Positions 18,586-28,762 of a DNA stretch of 64,000 bases are shown piece by piece. How positions within the stretch are numbered: the stretch's first letter is position 1; every line of letters starts with the position of its first letter. Below the pieces are notes generated by a model, which saw nothing but the letters and a program-made list of their open reading frames with translations, did not search any database and had not been told where the DNA came from. The stretch lies in IMG/VR virus record IMGVR_UViG_3300042893_001581, positions 1-64,000 of that record. One strand, 5' to 3'. Made by a program: the position numbers and the translations under genes. The DNA comes from a virus.

Positions 18586-19608
18586 TTATTTGATTCCAGC
18601 AAGTTTTTGCCATCTACTCATCATATTATCTTGCTCGATAATAGGTTGCTTAGGTGCCATACCAGCTGCTTGTGAAGCAAAACCAATTGATTCTTTAAGT
18701 TGCTTCTTAGATTCGAAAGACTCTTTCAAAGTTTCAAAAGTGTTCTTAACCTCAGTTACAGATGTAGCACGGTCAAGAGCATTAATTACTTTTACTTTTT
18801 GAGATTCAGACAAAGTCTTAGCTTTAAACAACTTGTTCATGTAAAGATACTTAGCATTAAGAAGATTAACCTCTTGTAGGCTATGACGAAGTTCTTCGAT
18901 AGTAGAGTTAGCTTCTTCAAGCTCTTCTTCTACTTTATCTTTCTTTTCGTCTTCCTCTTTGTCATGTTTTTTCTTCTCTTCAAGCTCTGGGTAATTCATA
19001 CCCTCTTCTTCAAGTTCAGCAAGAATTTCATCTAATGAAATTTCAGCTTCAGCTTCAGAATCAGCGTCTGCTTCGTCAGAAGGAATGTCCATGCCCATGT
19101 CTTGTGAGCCAGCCATTACAGATTGAAGAACTTGTTTAAGGTCACCAAGAGTGATGTCGATGATTTTAGTATCGTCACCAACTTCTTCTCCACCTTCAAC
19201 TTTTTCTTCCTCTTCTTCTTCAGCTTCTTCTTCTTCCTCTTCTTCTTCAGCTTCATTTAAATTTTCGTCTTTCATTTTGTCTTCATCAGCTTCTTCCATT
19301 TTATCGTGGTCAGCTCCGTCAACTTTAGAAAGCTCTTCGAGTTCAGCAAGAATTTCTTCTAGCTCAGAATCGTTAATGCTATAGTCTCCTTCCATTCGTG
19401 GTTGATCCATAGCGTCATTCATTTCTTCGATATTCTCTTCTGCTTCAGCTTGATAAGAATCATCTCCCATTTCTTCAGATAGCTTCAAACGAAGCATCTC
19501 TTGAATCTTAGGTTCGAAAGCTTCTTCAAGAGCGGCTTTGGCGTTAGCCATAGCAGATGCTCTTAGGGCTTTAGCATCAAGGATAGCGTCTTGATACAAT
19601 TTACTCAT
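18586..19608 (-). CDS. Prohead scaffolding/core protein (gp22-like)
   Basis: Highly acidic coiled-coil protein directly upstream of MCP; many (L/I)xE sites; ends RWQKLAGIK. Confidence 0.8.
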   Translation of the reverse strand: MSKLYQDAILDAKALRASAMANAKAALEEAFEPKIQEMLRLKLSEEMGDDSYQAEAEENIEEMNDAMDQPRMEGDYSINDSELEEILAELEELSKVDGADHDKMEEADEDKMKDENLNEAEEEEEEEEAEEEEEEKVEGGEEVGDDTKIIDITLGDLKQVLQSVMAGSQDMGMDIPSDEADADSEAEAEISLDEILAELEEEGMNYPELEEKKKHDKEEDEKKDKVEEELEEANSTIEELRHSLQEVNLLNAKYLYMNKLFKAKTLSESQKVKVINALDRATSVTEVKNTFETLKESFESKKQLKESIGFASQAAGMAPKQPIIEQDNMMSRWQKLAGIK

Positions 19609-19628
19609 AATTAATGATTGTGTCGGGA

Positions 19629-19693
19629 ATTGCTTATTAGAATGTAAAGCAATATAAGGATTTTTTTATAGTAGTGCCATATTAGATCATGGC
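19629..19693 (-). promoter_or_regulatory. Two hairpins in the 5' UTR of the scaffold-MCP transcript
   Basis: GCCAT-GATCTAAT-ATGGC and ATTGCTT-TACATTCTAAT-AAGCAAT; both loops end in TCTAAT. Confidence 0.5.
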
Positions 19694-19702
19694 GCATATG
19701 CA

Positions 19703-19710
19703 ATAAATAT
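19703..19710 (-). promoter_or_regulatory. Late promoter motif ATATTTAT (representative copy, upstream of scaffold/MCP)
   Basis: The same 8-mer lies on the coding strand upstream of genes at 2220, 12967, 16810, 19703, 22190, 24162, 28752, 32741, 37270, 40500 (minus) and 44920, 48714, 56999, 60809, 63242 (plus). Confidence 0.75.
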
Positions 19711-19749
19711 CTAAGTACGTAGTAAAATACATAAACTTAGAAATATTTT

Positions 19750-20232
19750 TTATTTACTACCTAAAAATACTAGCACTTCAACGTTTCCGTTATCGAGAGT
19801 TTTATAAAAAGTTATATTAGTCGGTATTGTTTGGCCTGAGACTTTTGATTTTGCTTTTTGAGTTGCTGCAAATTGCGCTGCTGATTGGGTTGCACCTGTT
19901 GCTTTGCCTTGTGCTATTTTTACTCCTTTACCTATCATGCCTTGTAGCATTTCTATAGATACATCAACAGATAATCCACCAGCTGCAGGTTTGTAACCTT
20001 GTTTTTCAATTTGTTTTGCAGCTTTAGAACTTGTAATATCAATATCATCGCTAGCTTGTTGAACTATTTGTTGAGGTTCTTGAGCTTTAGTTTGTTGAGG
20101 ACTTCCAAATAAAGATGCCACTGTCATTGCAGCACCAACACCAAGGTCTTTTAAACCTAATTCGTGTATTTCACTTTCTGATAAAAGTCCTGCTAACTTT
20201 TTTAATCTTAATATTTCTAATGAGTTATCCAT
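19750..20232 (-). CDS. Putative internal head protein with RLKKLAG leader
   Basis: N-terminus MDNSLEILRLKKLAGLLSE; lies between protease and scaffold. Confidence 0.55.
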   Translation of the reverse strand: MDNSLEILRLKKLAGLLSESEIHELGLKDLGVGAAMTVASLFGSPQQTKAQEPQQIVQQASDDIDITSSKAAKQIEKQGYKPAAGGLSVDVSIEMLQGMIGKGVKIAQGKATGATQSAAQFAATQKAKSKVSGQTIPTNITFYKTLDNGNVEVLVFLGSK

Positions 20233-20861
20233 TATTTAATACAGCAAACACCAGATTGAGAACAAATAATGTCTGATATTAACTGATGTATTTTATTATC
20301 TTTATGTTTAACTGTATCGTATTCTAATGATTCTCTAAGTCCACCCATTGGTTTCATGTATGCACCATAGGTTGATGGTGTAGATACAAAGTCCCAACAA
20401 ATAAGATCTAAATCATCTTCAACTTGAACAAGACCTTCACCTATTGGAGTAACAGAACCCATAGCTCTAGATGAAATACCAACAGTGATATTGTTTTTGA
20501 ATAATTCTCTTAATATATTTCCAGAAGGAGTAGGAAGTATTTCAACATCGCCATATAAATCTTTACCTTCCCAGAAAAGTCTTATTATATTATGACTAAC
20601 ATTCTTAAGGTTAATAATAGAAGATTCTGGGTGATCTAGTTCACCTAAAGCTCTATTCTCTGAAATTGGTCCAGCAATGTACTTCTGTACTTGCACAAAT
20701 AAAGTTTGATAAGGATATATTCTTTTATTTGCATTAGGTTTATCAGTAGCCTGAACAAGTCCAGACACTACCATATTACCATTAGCTAAACGACGAACTT
20801 CAGTCAAAGACTGCTGGATTGGTTGAAAAGCACTATATTCTATTAAGAGTTGTTTGTTCAT
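20232..20861 (-). CDS. gp21: Prohead core protease (T4 gp21-like)
   Basis: NANKRIYP, ALGELDHP, NVSH, GISSRAMGSV, WDFVSTPSTYGA. Confidence 0.93.
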   Translation of the reverse strand: MNKQLLIEYSAFQPIQQSLTEVRRLANGNMVVSGLVQATDKPNANKRIYPYQTLFVQVQKYIAGPISENRALGELDHPESSIINLKNVSHNIIRLFWEGKDLYGDVEILPTPSGNILRELFKNNITVGISSRAMGSVTPIGEGLVQVEDDLDLICWDFVSTPSTYGAYMKPMGGLRESLEYDTVKHKDNKIHQLISDIICSQSGVCCIK

Positions 20862-20862
20862 A

Positions 20863-22185
20863 TTATTCTGGATATGTAGAATATACTACTTTATTTTTTT
20901 CTAATGTTTGTATATCTTGTTTATTGTTAGAAGGCACATTAACAACTTGTCCTGTTGATCTAGCGGTTGTCATTTCTTTGTCAGAAATTTTTTCTTTCAA
21001 CTTCTTTACAGCCTCTTTAAGCTTACCCATCTTCTCTTTGTCATCTTTATTCTTATCTATATATTTTCTTAAAAGAGTCTGAATATCTTCTGGTTTATAA
21101 TTTAGTTCTTGCCCAATAGAAGGTCCCATTTGATCTCCTGTTTCTGGTGCGGCTCCTTTAAGGGAATCAAATTTTTTCCAAGCTGCATCTCTTTCTATTT
21201 TTTCTGTATCAGCTTGATTTTCTTGGGCTTTTTGAGTATGGTGATCTATAGTATTGATCTGATAGTCTTTCTGTGACCCATCTTCCATTTCAACGGTAAG
21301 AGTACCTCCAACTATTTCAATTACTTTACCTTTGCCATCAGCGGTGTGAACTTCTGAACCTACGTGATGTTTCCAGTGGCTATCTTCGTTAATTAAATCT
21401 TTTTTTTTAAGAGAATTGTAAAGATCTTTAAGTGCATCTTCTTTCATCATTTGAACTCCCTTAGGCTTTCCTTTTTTATTCTCTTTTGTAGATACTTTAG
21501 TATTTGCTTTATCAATATTTTGACCTTTCATCTTTTTCATTTGACGGTCCTTATTGACAAGATTATTCTTTTTAACTTCTTCAGTTCCAAGCTTAGCATC
21601 TGCTTTTGCTACATCTTTTGCATTAGCAAACATCTCTTCATCAAATACATGAGGATTCTTTTGAAGCATTAATGCAGCTTTGTTTAGAGCTTTAATATAT
21701 GAATCGTTAGTAAGTTCTTTTTCTTTATCTAGTAACATTTGTACTCCTTTTTTCAAGAAGTAAGGATTTACCCTATCAACTGCTGGGTCTGTAGGAACAT
21801 TATTATCAACTTCGTTTAAGGCTTCTTCTTCTTTAGAAAAAACATTTGGTCCGAAATTCTTTATCATATCAGCCTTTTGTTTTTCTATCATTTTTTCAAT
21901 ATAATCTGTAGGGGATGCATTATACATACCTTCTAAACTAGCTAAATAGTCTTTAGCAGCTTTTTTATCATAATCTTTACGATGAGTATCTAATTTCTGA
22001 TCTAATTTAGAATTATCTTGTAATTCACTAATAATACCCTTATTCTTAAGGATCTTTACAGCATCATCAAAAGATGTAAGGTTGGTTACCCAAGGAAGGT
22101 TTTTATCACGACGTACTTCGTAAATAAACTTATCACGACTTACTTCACCGGCTTTATGCTTACGATATAATTCAATTGTTCTCAT
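20863..22185 (-). CDS. Hypothetical Lys/Glu-rich head-associated protein
   Basis: 440-aa ORF with a late promoter motif and multiple ISE/LNE/INE/LKE sites. Confidence 0.6.
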   Translation of the reverse strand: MRTIELYRKHKAGEVSRDKFIYEVRRDKNLPWVTNLTSFDDAVKILKNKGIISELQDNSKLDQKLDTHRKDYDKKAAKDYLASLEGMYNASPTDYIEKMIEKQKADMIKNFGPNVFSKEEEALNEVDNNVPTDPAVDRVNPYFLKKGVQMLLDKEKELTNDSYIKALNKAALMLQKNPHVFDEEMFANAKDVAKADAKLGTEEVKKNNLVNKDRQMKKMKGQNIDKANTKVSTKENKKGKPKGVQMMKEDALKDLYNSLKKKDLINEDSHWKHHVGSEVHTADGKGKVIEIVGGTLTVEMEDGSQKDYQINTIDHHTQKAQENQADTEKIERDAAWKKFDSLKGAAPETGDQMGPSIGQELNYKPEDIQTLLRKYIDKNKDDKEKMGKLKEAVKKLKEKISDKEMTTARSTGQVVNVPSNNKQDIQTLEKNKVVYSTYPE

Positions 22186-22196
22186 GCTAATAAATA

Positions 22197-22328
22197 TTAG
22201 TGTCTTCCTTGTCCACGATAATTCTTTTCTGAACGGTCGTGTTTGTTAAATGATTTTTTTGCAACTCCTTTTTTTTTCTTACCAAATGTAACTTTAGCTG
22301 CGGTACCTGAACCTTTTGCTTTTGCCAT
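22197..22328 (-). CDS. Small basic protein (43 aa, not in ORF track)
   Basis: MAKAKGSGTAAKVTFGKKKKGVAKKSFNKHDRSEKNYRGQGRH; start overlaps the upstream stop (TAATG) and the ORF fills the gap. Confidence 0.75.
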   Translation of the reverse strand: MAKAKGSGTAAKVTFGKKKKGVAKKSFNKHDRSEKNYRGQGRH

Positions 22329-23287
22329 TACTTAAACTTTTTTATGTTTTGATTAAGTTCTGAAACCATTTCCTTGATTTTTGCAAGGGCTTTTTCTGTG
22401 TGTACTTTATATTTAAGACCACCTTCACCTTCAGATAATTCTGTTTTTAGGCGGTTTACATATTCAAATAATCTATTGATCTCTTGTACTTTCCTTCTTA
22501 CTTCACGAACTGCTTGGTGGAATTGATCTGATTTGCCTCTAGTCTTAGTTTCAGTTTTAAACTTTGAATAGCTTTCATCTAAACTACGCCTTTGAAAATA
22601 ATCGCTAGTACCTTTGTCGCTATAATCTTTTTCATAATAGTTAGGATCTTTACGATACTCACCATAATCACTTACAGGTTTATATTTGTCAGTAAACCAA
22701 TCATAGCTGTCTTCATTATCATCTTGCTCCTCGGGTTCATAATCTGGATTTACATCTTCACTTACAGTTTTATTTAAATTTGATTTAATATACTCACTAA
22801 AATCTTGACCATAAGTTAAAACTGGCAGTTGTTTTCCTAATTTTTTTTCTAGATCTTGTATTAATTTTAATTGCTTAATACGATTTTCATATGCTGAAAT
22901 TACAGAATAGTTTTTAGTTTCACGAGCTTTTGCTAATAATCCTTCTACTCTAGCTAATTCTTGAGAATTTGTTTTAATAGAATCACTTAACTCTTCAAAT
23001 AGTTTTTTATATATAAAACCGCCTTTTGATGGACGATTAGGTATAGATGGAGCATCTTCCCAATCCCACTTATTTTTCATGTATACTTTAGCTTTACCGG
23101 CTGCTAATTTAGGTTCAACATCTTTCTGCTCTTCTTCTTTTTTTACTTTCTTTTTATTTTTTGTTGTATACCAGTCTTGAGTAACAGGATTATTGACTGT
23201 TGATGGAGTCATTCCTGCACCAGTACTAGTCACAGACATTTCTTGACGTAGTTTTTGAGTAGCAAATTGATTGTTGAAATTAGCCAT
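22328..23287 (-). CDS. Hypothetical head-module protein
   Basis: 319-aa ORF coupled to neighbours; LRQE/LFEE/LDE sites; C-terminal coiled coil. Confidence 0.6.
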   Translation of the reverse strand: MANFNNQFATQKLRQEMSVTSTGAGMTPSTVNNPVTQDWYTTKNKKKVKKEEEQKDVEPKLAAGKAKVYMKNKWDWEDAPSIPNRPSKGGFIYKKLFEELSDSIKTNSQELARVEGLLAKARETKNYSVISAYENRIKQLKLIQDLEKKLGKQLPVLTYGQDFSEYIKSNLNKTVSEDVNPDYEPEEQDDNEDSYDWFTDKYKPVSDYGEYRKDPNYYEKDYSDKGTSDYFQRRSLDESYSKFKTETKTRGKSDQFHQAVREVRRKVQEINRLFEYVNRLKTELSEGEGGLKYKVHTEKALAKIKEMVSELNQNIKKFK

Positions 23288-24137
23288 TATTGATTGTTTT
23301 TAACTCATCAATCAAATCAAAATATTGTAAAATTCCTGTTATAGTATCGTCTTTAATAGACTGATTATCTTTAATAGGAGTTACAAATTTTAATACCTCT
23401 TCTAATTTGATTTTAACAACCTGGTCTTTTGAAGACTTTTTTAATTCAGTTAGTTCTTTTTGAATTTGATCTAACTGAGCATTTAAATATATTTTAAGAT
23501 TCTTTGTGTCAGAAATATTTGTGATGTATTCTTTTAACACCTCTTTCTGTTTTTCAGACATGTCTTGATACTTGTTATTGAACTTCTCAACCATTAACTT
23601 GTATGCCAGAAGCCTGATCTCTTTATCCTCTTTCATAAGATCGTCTACTATAGACTTTGGTACTTTTGAATCAGAAAGATCTTGCTTTGTTAAGTGCTCA
23701 AGAAGATTAATCTTATTTACAATAAGCTGTTTAGTGTCTGATAACTTTGAGTTTTGAGACTCAAGAATAGTATAAATTGAAGCATAAGATTTATAATGAT
23801 CTATCTTAGCCTTAAAGAAATTATCTATGTCGTAGTTATTCTTAATCTCTTTTATTAAGTTATATTTCAACTTGTTTATCTTCTCATAATCAAGCTTCTT
23901 GTATTGCTCAATAAGAGTAGAGACTAAGATTTCAGCTTTAGCTTCTGATAGTTTAGGGCTAGTTGAAAAGGCACTATAAAGGCCATATTCTTTACCTAAT
24001 TCTGTATTTGTAAAATACTTTTTAAGTATCTTAACAGACTTTGAATCTTGATTATTCAAGAGATCGGAAGTGGTCTGTCTAACTAGTAGTTCAAATAAAA
24101 TACCAGTATTGCGATATTTGGAATGTTTTATTGCCAT
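23280..24137 (-). CDS. Hypothetical head-module protein
   Basis: 285-aa helical ORF (KHSKYRNTGILFELLVRQ) directly downstream of the portal, with a late promoter motif. Confidence 0.65.
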   Translation of the reverse strand: MAIKHSKYRNTGILFELLVRQTTSDLLNNQDSKSVKILKKYFTNTELGKEYGLYSAFSTSPKLSEAKAEILVSTLIEQYKKLDYEKINKLKYNLIKEIKNNYDIDNFFKAKIDHYKSYASIYTILESQNSKLSDTKQLIVNKINLLEHLTKQDLSDSKVPKSIVDDLMKEDKEIRLLAYKLMVEKFNNKYQDMSEKQKEVLKEYITNISDTKNLKIYLNAQLDQIQKELTELKKSSKDQVVKIKLEEVLKFVTPIKDNQSIKDDTITGILQYFDLIDELKTINNG

Positions 24138-24177
24138 AGTTTTTTTACGAGTCCGCTAGTAATAAATATCTAAATAT

Positions 24178-26088
24178 TTAATCTAAACCATTAATTATAT
24201 TGTCTTCACTTAAAAGATCTGGTTGCTCAAACAAATTAACTTTTCTTTGGTGTTTCTTTGTCATTGCATTCAAAGTACTTTTATTCTTTAAATATTCGGC
24301 CATTGTTCCTTCCAATGCTAATGGGCTTCCTCCTTTATAGTTTGGCTTCATATCATCCTCTCCTCTTTCTGCATTTTTACTATAAGCAGCTTGACCAATT
24401 GGATCACGACCAAATCTAGAATTATCAGTACCAATGATAGAAGTTACAGCTTTTGGACGACCAGGCTTTTTCTCATCATAACCATAAGGTACATTCAACA
24501 TAGAATCTTCTTTGCCTCCATATAGACTAGCTATCTGGTGAGGCGTTCCGTATGCCTGTCCTGATTCTGCAGGATCATTGCCTTCTTCTTGGATCTGTGC
24601 GTATCTAAACTCTCTTTTCTTATCTTCAATAATCATATCTTCAAGTTCAGCATATTGATCTTCAGAGAAGTGGAATATCTTATCGTAAATAAAATCTCTA
24701 GGTAATAATGATCCTTCCATTGCTTGTTTAGCCAAATCAATCTTCTCTTTAAAGAGTGCTATCCTTTCTTGATCGTAAATAATAGATGGGTTAGTTAATG
24801 AAAGGCTAAAGTTAGCGGCAGACTCATTAGTATATCCATGTGCGTATAAGTGAACTAATGCAATCTTAGTTAATTCACTAATGATAATTCTTTGTAGTCT
24901 TTCAATAGTTCTAGCAAAACGAATATCTTCTGCAGCAAGTGTAGCTTTACCAGTTAAGTCTTTTTCATAACCCATGAAAGCTTTAGGTATTTTAAGGGCT
25001 GCAAATAACTTTTCACGGAAATAAGCTACGTCTTCAATACCATTATAATCAAGACCTTTTGCAGTATCTATTTTAGTAGATGTATCATTACCTCTTACAG
25101 GGATAAAGAAGTCTTCTAATAGGTTTTGCTGATTATATTTAAGATTATAATTACCTGTATTTGGATCAATCAAAGGAGTTTTCTTCATCTTTTGAATCAT
25201 CTTCTGCATGTAATTATCTACTTCACCTGGAGGTATAGCTCCTACATTTACATAGAAAATACGTCTTTCAGGTGCTCTTACAATACGATGAATCAACATC
25301 GCATCTTCAATCAACACATACTGTTTAAACAACTTACGACCTGGTTCTAAATAAGATCTACCATAAGGAAGATAGTTAACATCTCCAGTTAATCTGAAGT
25401 GTGCCATTTCAAAGTTATCAAACCAAATACCTGTATCATTGTTTTTTTGTGAACTATATCCTGTAGATGAAGCCAAAGTTGCATTTGGATCATACTTAAA
25501 TCTTACTTCTTGTGGGTTTTCTGGATTATATCCTTCTTCACGGATAATATTATACGCTGAAAAAGGAATTACATTATAAACACCATAATTTTCTGCAATT
25601 TCTAATTTGAGGTAGAAGTCACCGTATTTAGCCATGTTGCGAACCCAAGACCAAAGATTAAATTCAATATTAAGTACAGAATAAAATAAATTGTAGAGGA
25701 GTTTCTGAATGTTTTCATCAGAAGATCTAATTTGTAATACTTCACCTTGTTCATTTTTAAGTGTACATTCGTCTGCTACGATATCTAATGCTGAACAACA
25801 AATAGCATCTGTATCCATCGCGTCATAGTCTGCATATATTTGAACCCTTGCTGATTGGTAGTTCTGTGCTAAGTTAAGGTTTACACCATAAGCTGTTGAT
25901 GTAGTATATACCTTATTAAATCTATCAATTAAAGAGTTGGTTTGAATAACACCAGATCTTTGTATAGTATCTGTGTCAATTACTTTAAGCATATCTCCAC
26001 CCTCATTACGAATGATAACATCTGTAGAAAACAGACGTCTTAAGGTAGAGAATAAATTGTTTTGTTTTTGCGGTTGTTGTTCTGCCAT
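24178..26088 (-). CDS. gp20: Portal protein (T4 gp20-like)
   Basis: ALDIVADE, LIEDAMLIHRIVRAPERRIFYVNVG, LEDFFIPVRG, YFREKLFAALKIP, EDIRFARTIERLQ. Confidence 0.95.
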   Translation of the reverse strand: MAEQQPQKQNNLFSTLRRLFSTDVIIRNEGGDMLKVIDTDTIQRSGVIQTNSLIDRFNKVYTTSTAYGVNLNLAQNYQSARVQIYADYDAMDTDAICCSALDIVADECTLKNEQGEVLQIRSSDENIQKLLYNLFYSVLNIEFNLWSWVRNMAKYGDFYLKLEIAENYGVYNVIPFSAYNIIREEGYNPENPQEVRFKYDPNATLASSTGYSSQKNNDTGIWFDNFEMAHFRLTGDVNYLPYGRSYLEPGRKLFKQYVLIEDAMLIHRIVRAPERRIFYVNVGAIPPGEVDNYMQKMIQKMKKTPLIDPNTGNYNLKYNQQNLLEDFFIPVRGNDTSTKIDTAKGLDYNGIEDVAYFREKLFAALKIPKAFMGYEKDLTGKATLAAEDIRFARTIERLQRIIISELTKIALVHLYAHGYTNESAANFSLSLTNPSIIYDQERIALFKEKIDLAKQAMEGSLLPRDFIYDKIFHFSEDQYAELEDMIIEDKKREFRYAQIQEEGNDPAESGQAYGTPHQIASLYGGKEDSMLNVPYGYDEKKPGRPKAVTSIIGTDNSRFGRDPIGQAAYSKNAERGEDDMKPNYKGGSPLALEGTMAEYLKNKSTLNAMTKKHQRKVNLFEQPDLLSEDNIINGLD

Positions 26089-26092
26089 ATTA

Positions 26093-27688
26093 TTAAATTA
26101 ACCAAGTTAAATCTTGTGTTTCGCCACCCATAGGAGTATTAATATTCATAGCCCAAGGGTTTTGATTATATTGATTATTAGCATTATAACTAATACTATC
26201 ATCTTGAGTTCTAGTAAAACTATTTAATGCAGCATAAGTTAAATTTTCTGCTGTCTTTCTATATCTAAGGCTTGTTTCTCTTAAATACATTGCGATAGCA
26301 AAAGACATAACTAAGTCATCATTATAACTTTGCATTGCTTGTGCTTTACCATTTTTCCAAATAAAGACTCTTAACTCTTCTAAAAGTCTTATCGACTTTA
26401 TGTTTGCTAATTTAGTCTCTATAAAATCTCTCATCTTTTCTATAACTAAAGGCCTAGTTTTTTCTGTTGTACTAAAGCCAGGAACTAAACCAGTCTGAGT
26501 ATTAAATCTATCTACATACTTGGTAAAGTCCATGTTTTGATCTTGCTTATAACTATAATGTACATTGTTATAACCTCTTTCTAATACTGTTTGAATTACA
26601 TCCCAACCTATATTAGCATTCTCAATTACAACTAAGGCATTATTATATTCAGATGCAACACTTAATATTATATTAGCGTAATCTCTAGTATCTATTTGCG
26701 ACTTATACTCTGCTACTTGAGTTACAGATTCTATATCTATAACGTGAAAAGAAGAGTAATCTTTACCATCACCACGTGCAACGTCAGCAACCAGGGCATA
26801 ATATTTCATTGGATCGGGATATTCCCATAACCACAATGCTTTATCTAATCCACGCCTTTCTATTGGTTCTGAGATCATATTCTGCTCATACCAATTTAGT
26901 ATATCTGGTTCTATAACTGTATTACCTGATGTGGCAAAGTCGCAATCACACTCTTGAGCAGCATTACGCTTACCTAATATTGTATCTTGCTCATCTCTCC
27001 AATCTTGATTACGTTCAGGGTGAACTGTCCAAGGAAGAGAGATCGGTAAAAACCTATTTTGTTGTTCTTGAGCAGATGTATAAGTTTTGTGAAACCAGTT
27101 ACCTACGCCATTAGGAGTAGATAATGCTATACAACCACCACCTGTTGCCAATGTTTGTTGAGCAGCTGTAAAGATAGTTTCAATATTATCAATAAACGCA
27201 GCCTCATCTATAACTAGTAGCGATACAGCTTCAGAACGACCAGCATCACCAGCAGCAGATACTGCTTTTACTTGAGAACCATTTACTAATTTTAGACTAA
27301 GTCTATTATCTTCAGCCGTTCCTATCTTAAGCCAACTTGGTAAGTTTTGATAAGCAAATCTTACTTTAGTTACCATGTTCTTGGCAGTATCTTGCTTAGT
27401 AGCAATAACAAGAACGTTTTTATCTTTATTAAAGAGCATTAACCATAATGAGTAAGCAGATACTAAGGTAGATATACCTAACTGCCTTGACTTATTTATG
27501 ATTGAATAATCATGTTTCTGAAACAGTTTAAGAACCTTTTCTTGAAACGGATAAAGATTAAAGAATTGCCTACCTCTTTGTGGGTGCTGGATCATATAGT
27601 ACTTCTTCATGAAGTATACAGGATCTGTCGCGCACTTGACAAACTCTTCTCTAATCTTTTCTTTTATCGATATCTGGTTGTCAGACAT
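26093..27688 (-). CDS. terL: Terminase large subunit (T4 gp17-like)
   Basis: KSRQLGIST Walker A, LLVIDEAAF Walker B, STPNG, ADVARGDGKDYS and DDLVMS nuclease motifs. Confidence 0.96.
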   Translation of the reverse strand: MSDNQISIKEKIREEFVKCATDPVYFMKKYYMIQHPQRGRQFFNLYPFQEKVLKLFQKHDYSIINKSRQLGISTLVSAYSLWLMLFNKDKNVLVIATKQDTAKNMVTKVRFAYQNLPSWLKIGTAEDNRLSLKLVNGSQVKAVSAAGDAGRSEAVSLLVIDEAAFIDNIETIFTAAQQTLATGGGCIALSTPNGVGNWFHKTYTSAQEQQNRFLPISLPWTVHPERNQDWRDEQDTILGKRNAAQECDCDFATSGNTVIEPDILNWYEQNMISEPIERRGLDKALWLWEYPDPMKYYALVADVARGDGKDYSSFHVIDIESVTQVAEYKSQIDTRDYANIILSVASEYNNALVVIENANIGWDVIQTVLERGYNNVHYSYKQDQNMDFTKYVDRFNTQTGLVPGFSTTEKTRPLVIEKMRDFIETKLANIKSIRLLEELRVFIWKNGKAQAMQSYNDDLVMSFAIAMYLRETSLRYRKTAENLTYAALNSFTRTQDDSISYNANNQYNQNPWAMNINTPMGGETQDLTWLI

Positions 27689-28377
27689 TATTTGATTATT
27701 AATAAACCTAAGATCACAGCGCCTAAGACTACTTTTTGGAATCTACCAAATTTAAGTTTGCGATCAGCTTTTTTTACTTCTGTTTTCAAACCATCAACTT
27801 GTATTTTATAGTTGTCAATTTGGCTTGATTTGTCTTTATCTATTTGAATATAGTTAGCTTCTTTGTCTCTTAACTTAACAATAACCTCTTCACGATTCTT
27901 AAGAGACTGATCTAAAGTAACTATAACGCTGTCTTGTGCTACTACTAATTTCTCATTTGTTTCTCCTTCTTGAAGATCAACAACAACCGCTTTACTTACT
28001 TCTAAAGGAAGTTGAGTTGTATCTTCAGATACTAAAATGTATTCGTTAGGATACTTAGCTACAAAAAAACTATCTACTTGAGTAGGAGTATATTTTAAAG
28101 CATTTTTAGCGTCTTTAAGATCACCTTTCAAATCTAAGACTTTTTCATTTAACTTAACCACTTTAACTACCAAGTATTCATTATCTTGTTCTAATATACT
28201 AATAGCTCCTTCTAAATGAATGTTTTCTATTTGTATAGAGTCAATACTATGTTCAAGTGAATCAATCTTTTGTTCAAAAGGTTTTGTATCAAATTTAGGG
28301 GCTTTGTAAATGAATACATACCAAACTGCTAATAAAGCTAAAAGGCATATCACTACAATACTAATTGTCTTCTTCAT
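27688..28377 (-). CDS. Membrane-anchored coiled-coil protein (possibly spanin-like)
   Basis: Hydrophobic N- and C-terminal segments flanking a long coiled coil. Confidence 0.45.
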   Translation of the reverse strand: MKKTISIVVICLLALLAVWYVFIYKAPKFDTKPFEQKIDSLEHSIDSIQIENIHLEGAISILEQDNEYLVVKVVKLNEKVLDLKGDLKDAKNALKYTPTQVDSFFVAKYPNEYILVSEDTTQLPLEVSKAVVVDLQEGETNEKLVVAQDSVIVTLDQSLKNREEVIVKLRDKEANYIQIDKDKSSQIDNYKIQVDGLKTEVKKADRKLKFGRFQKVVLGAVILGLLIIK

Positions 28378-28735
28378 CTGAATCTAATTTAGGGTTTTCT
28401 ATTCTTTTAATTTTTGCTTGTAGTCTTTGTATATCGTATGGAATTTGTCCTACAGCCTCTTTATATGCGGCCATATCTGTTATTTTTAATTCACCATTAG
28501 GACCTCTTTTTATTTTACCATCATCGTCTTTATCTGAATACTTATATATAGCCTTTTTTATTTGGCTTTTAAGATCTTCTAGTTCTTTTTTATCTTTATC
28601 TAGATTCCTAAAGTCTTTTTCAGATTGTTTGAGATCATCTTTTGAAGGTTCTACCTCCATATCTTCCTCTTCTCTGATCTTAGAGATTATGGTAAGATTG
28701 TTTTCAACTAAATACTTTCTTAAGTTAAATGACAT
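28361..28735 (-). CDS. Putative internal head protein (leader MSFNLRKYLVE)
   Basis: Late promoter motif at 28752-28759; leader ends LVE. Confidence 0.55.
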   Translation of the reverse strand: MSFNLRKYLVENNLTIISKIREEEDMEVEPSKDDLKQSEKDFRNLDKDKKELEDLKSQIKKAIYKYSDKDDDGKIKRGPNGELKITDMAAYKEAVGQIPYDIQRLQAKIKRIENPKLDSDEEDN

Positions 28736-28762
28736 GGTTGCACATTTACTTATAAATATTTA

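Noticed and set aside
16885-27688. Introns or inteins in TerL, portal or MCP
   Set aside because: The ORFs are continuous, of expected size, and show no intein or homing-endonuclease motifs.
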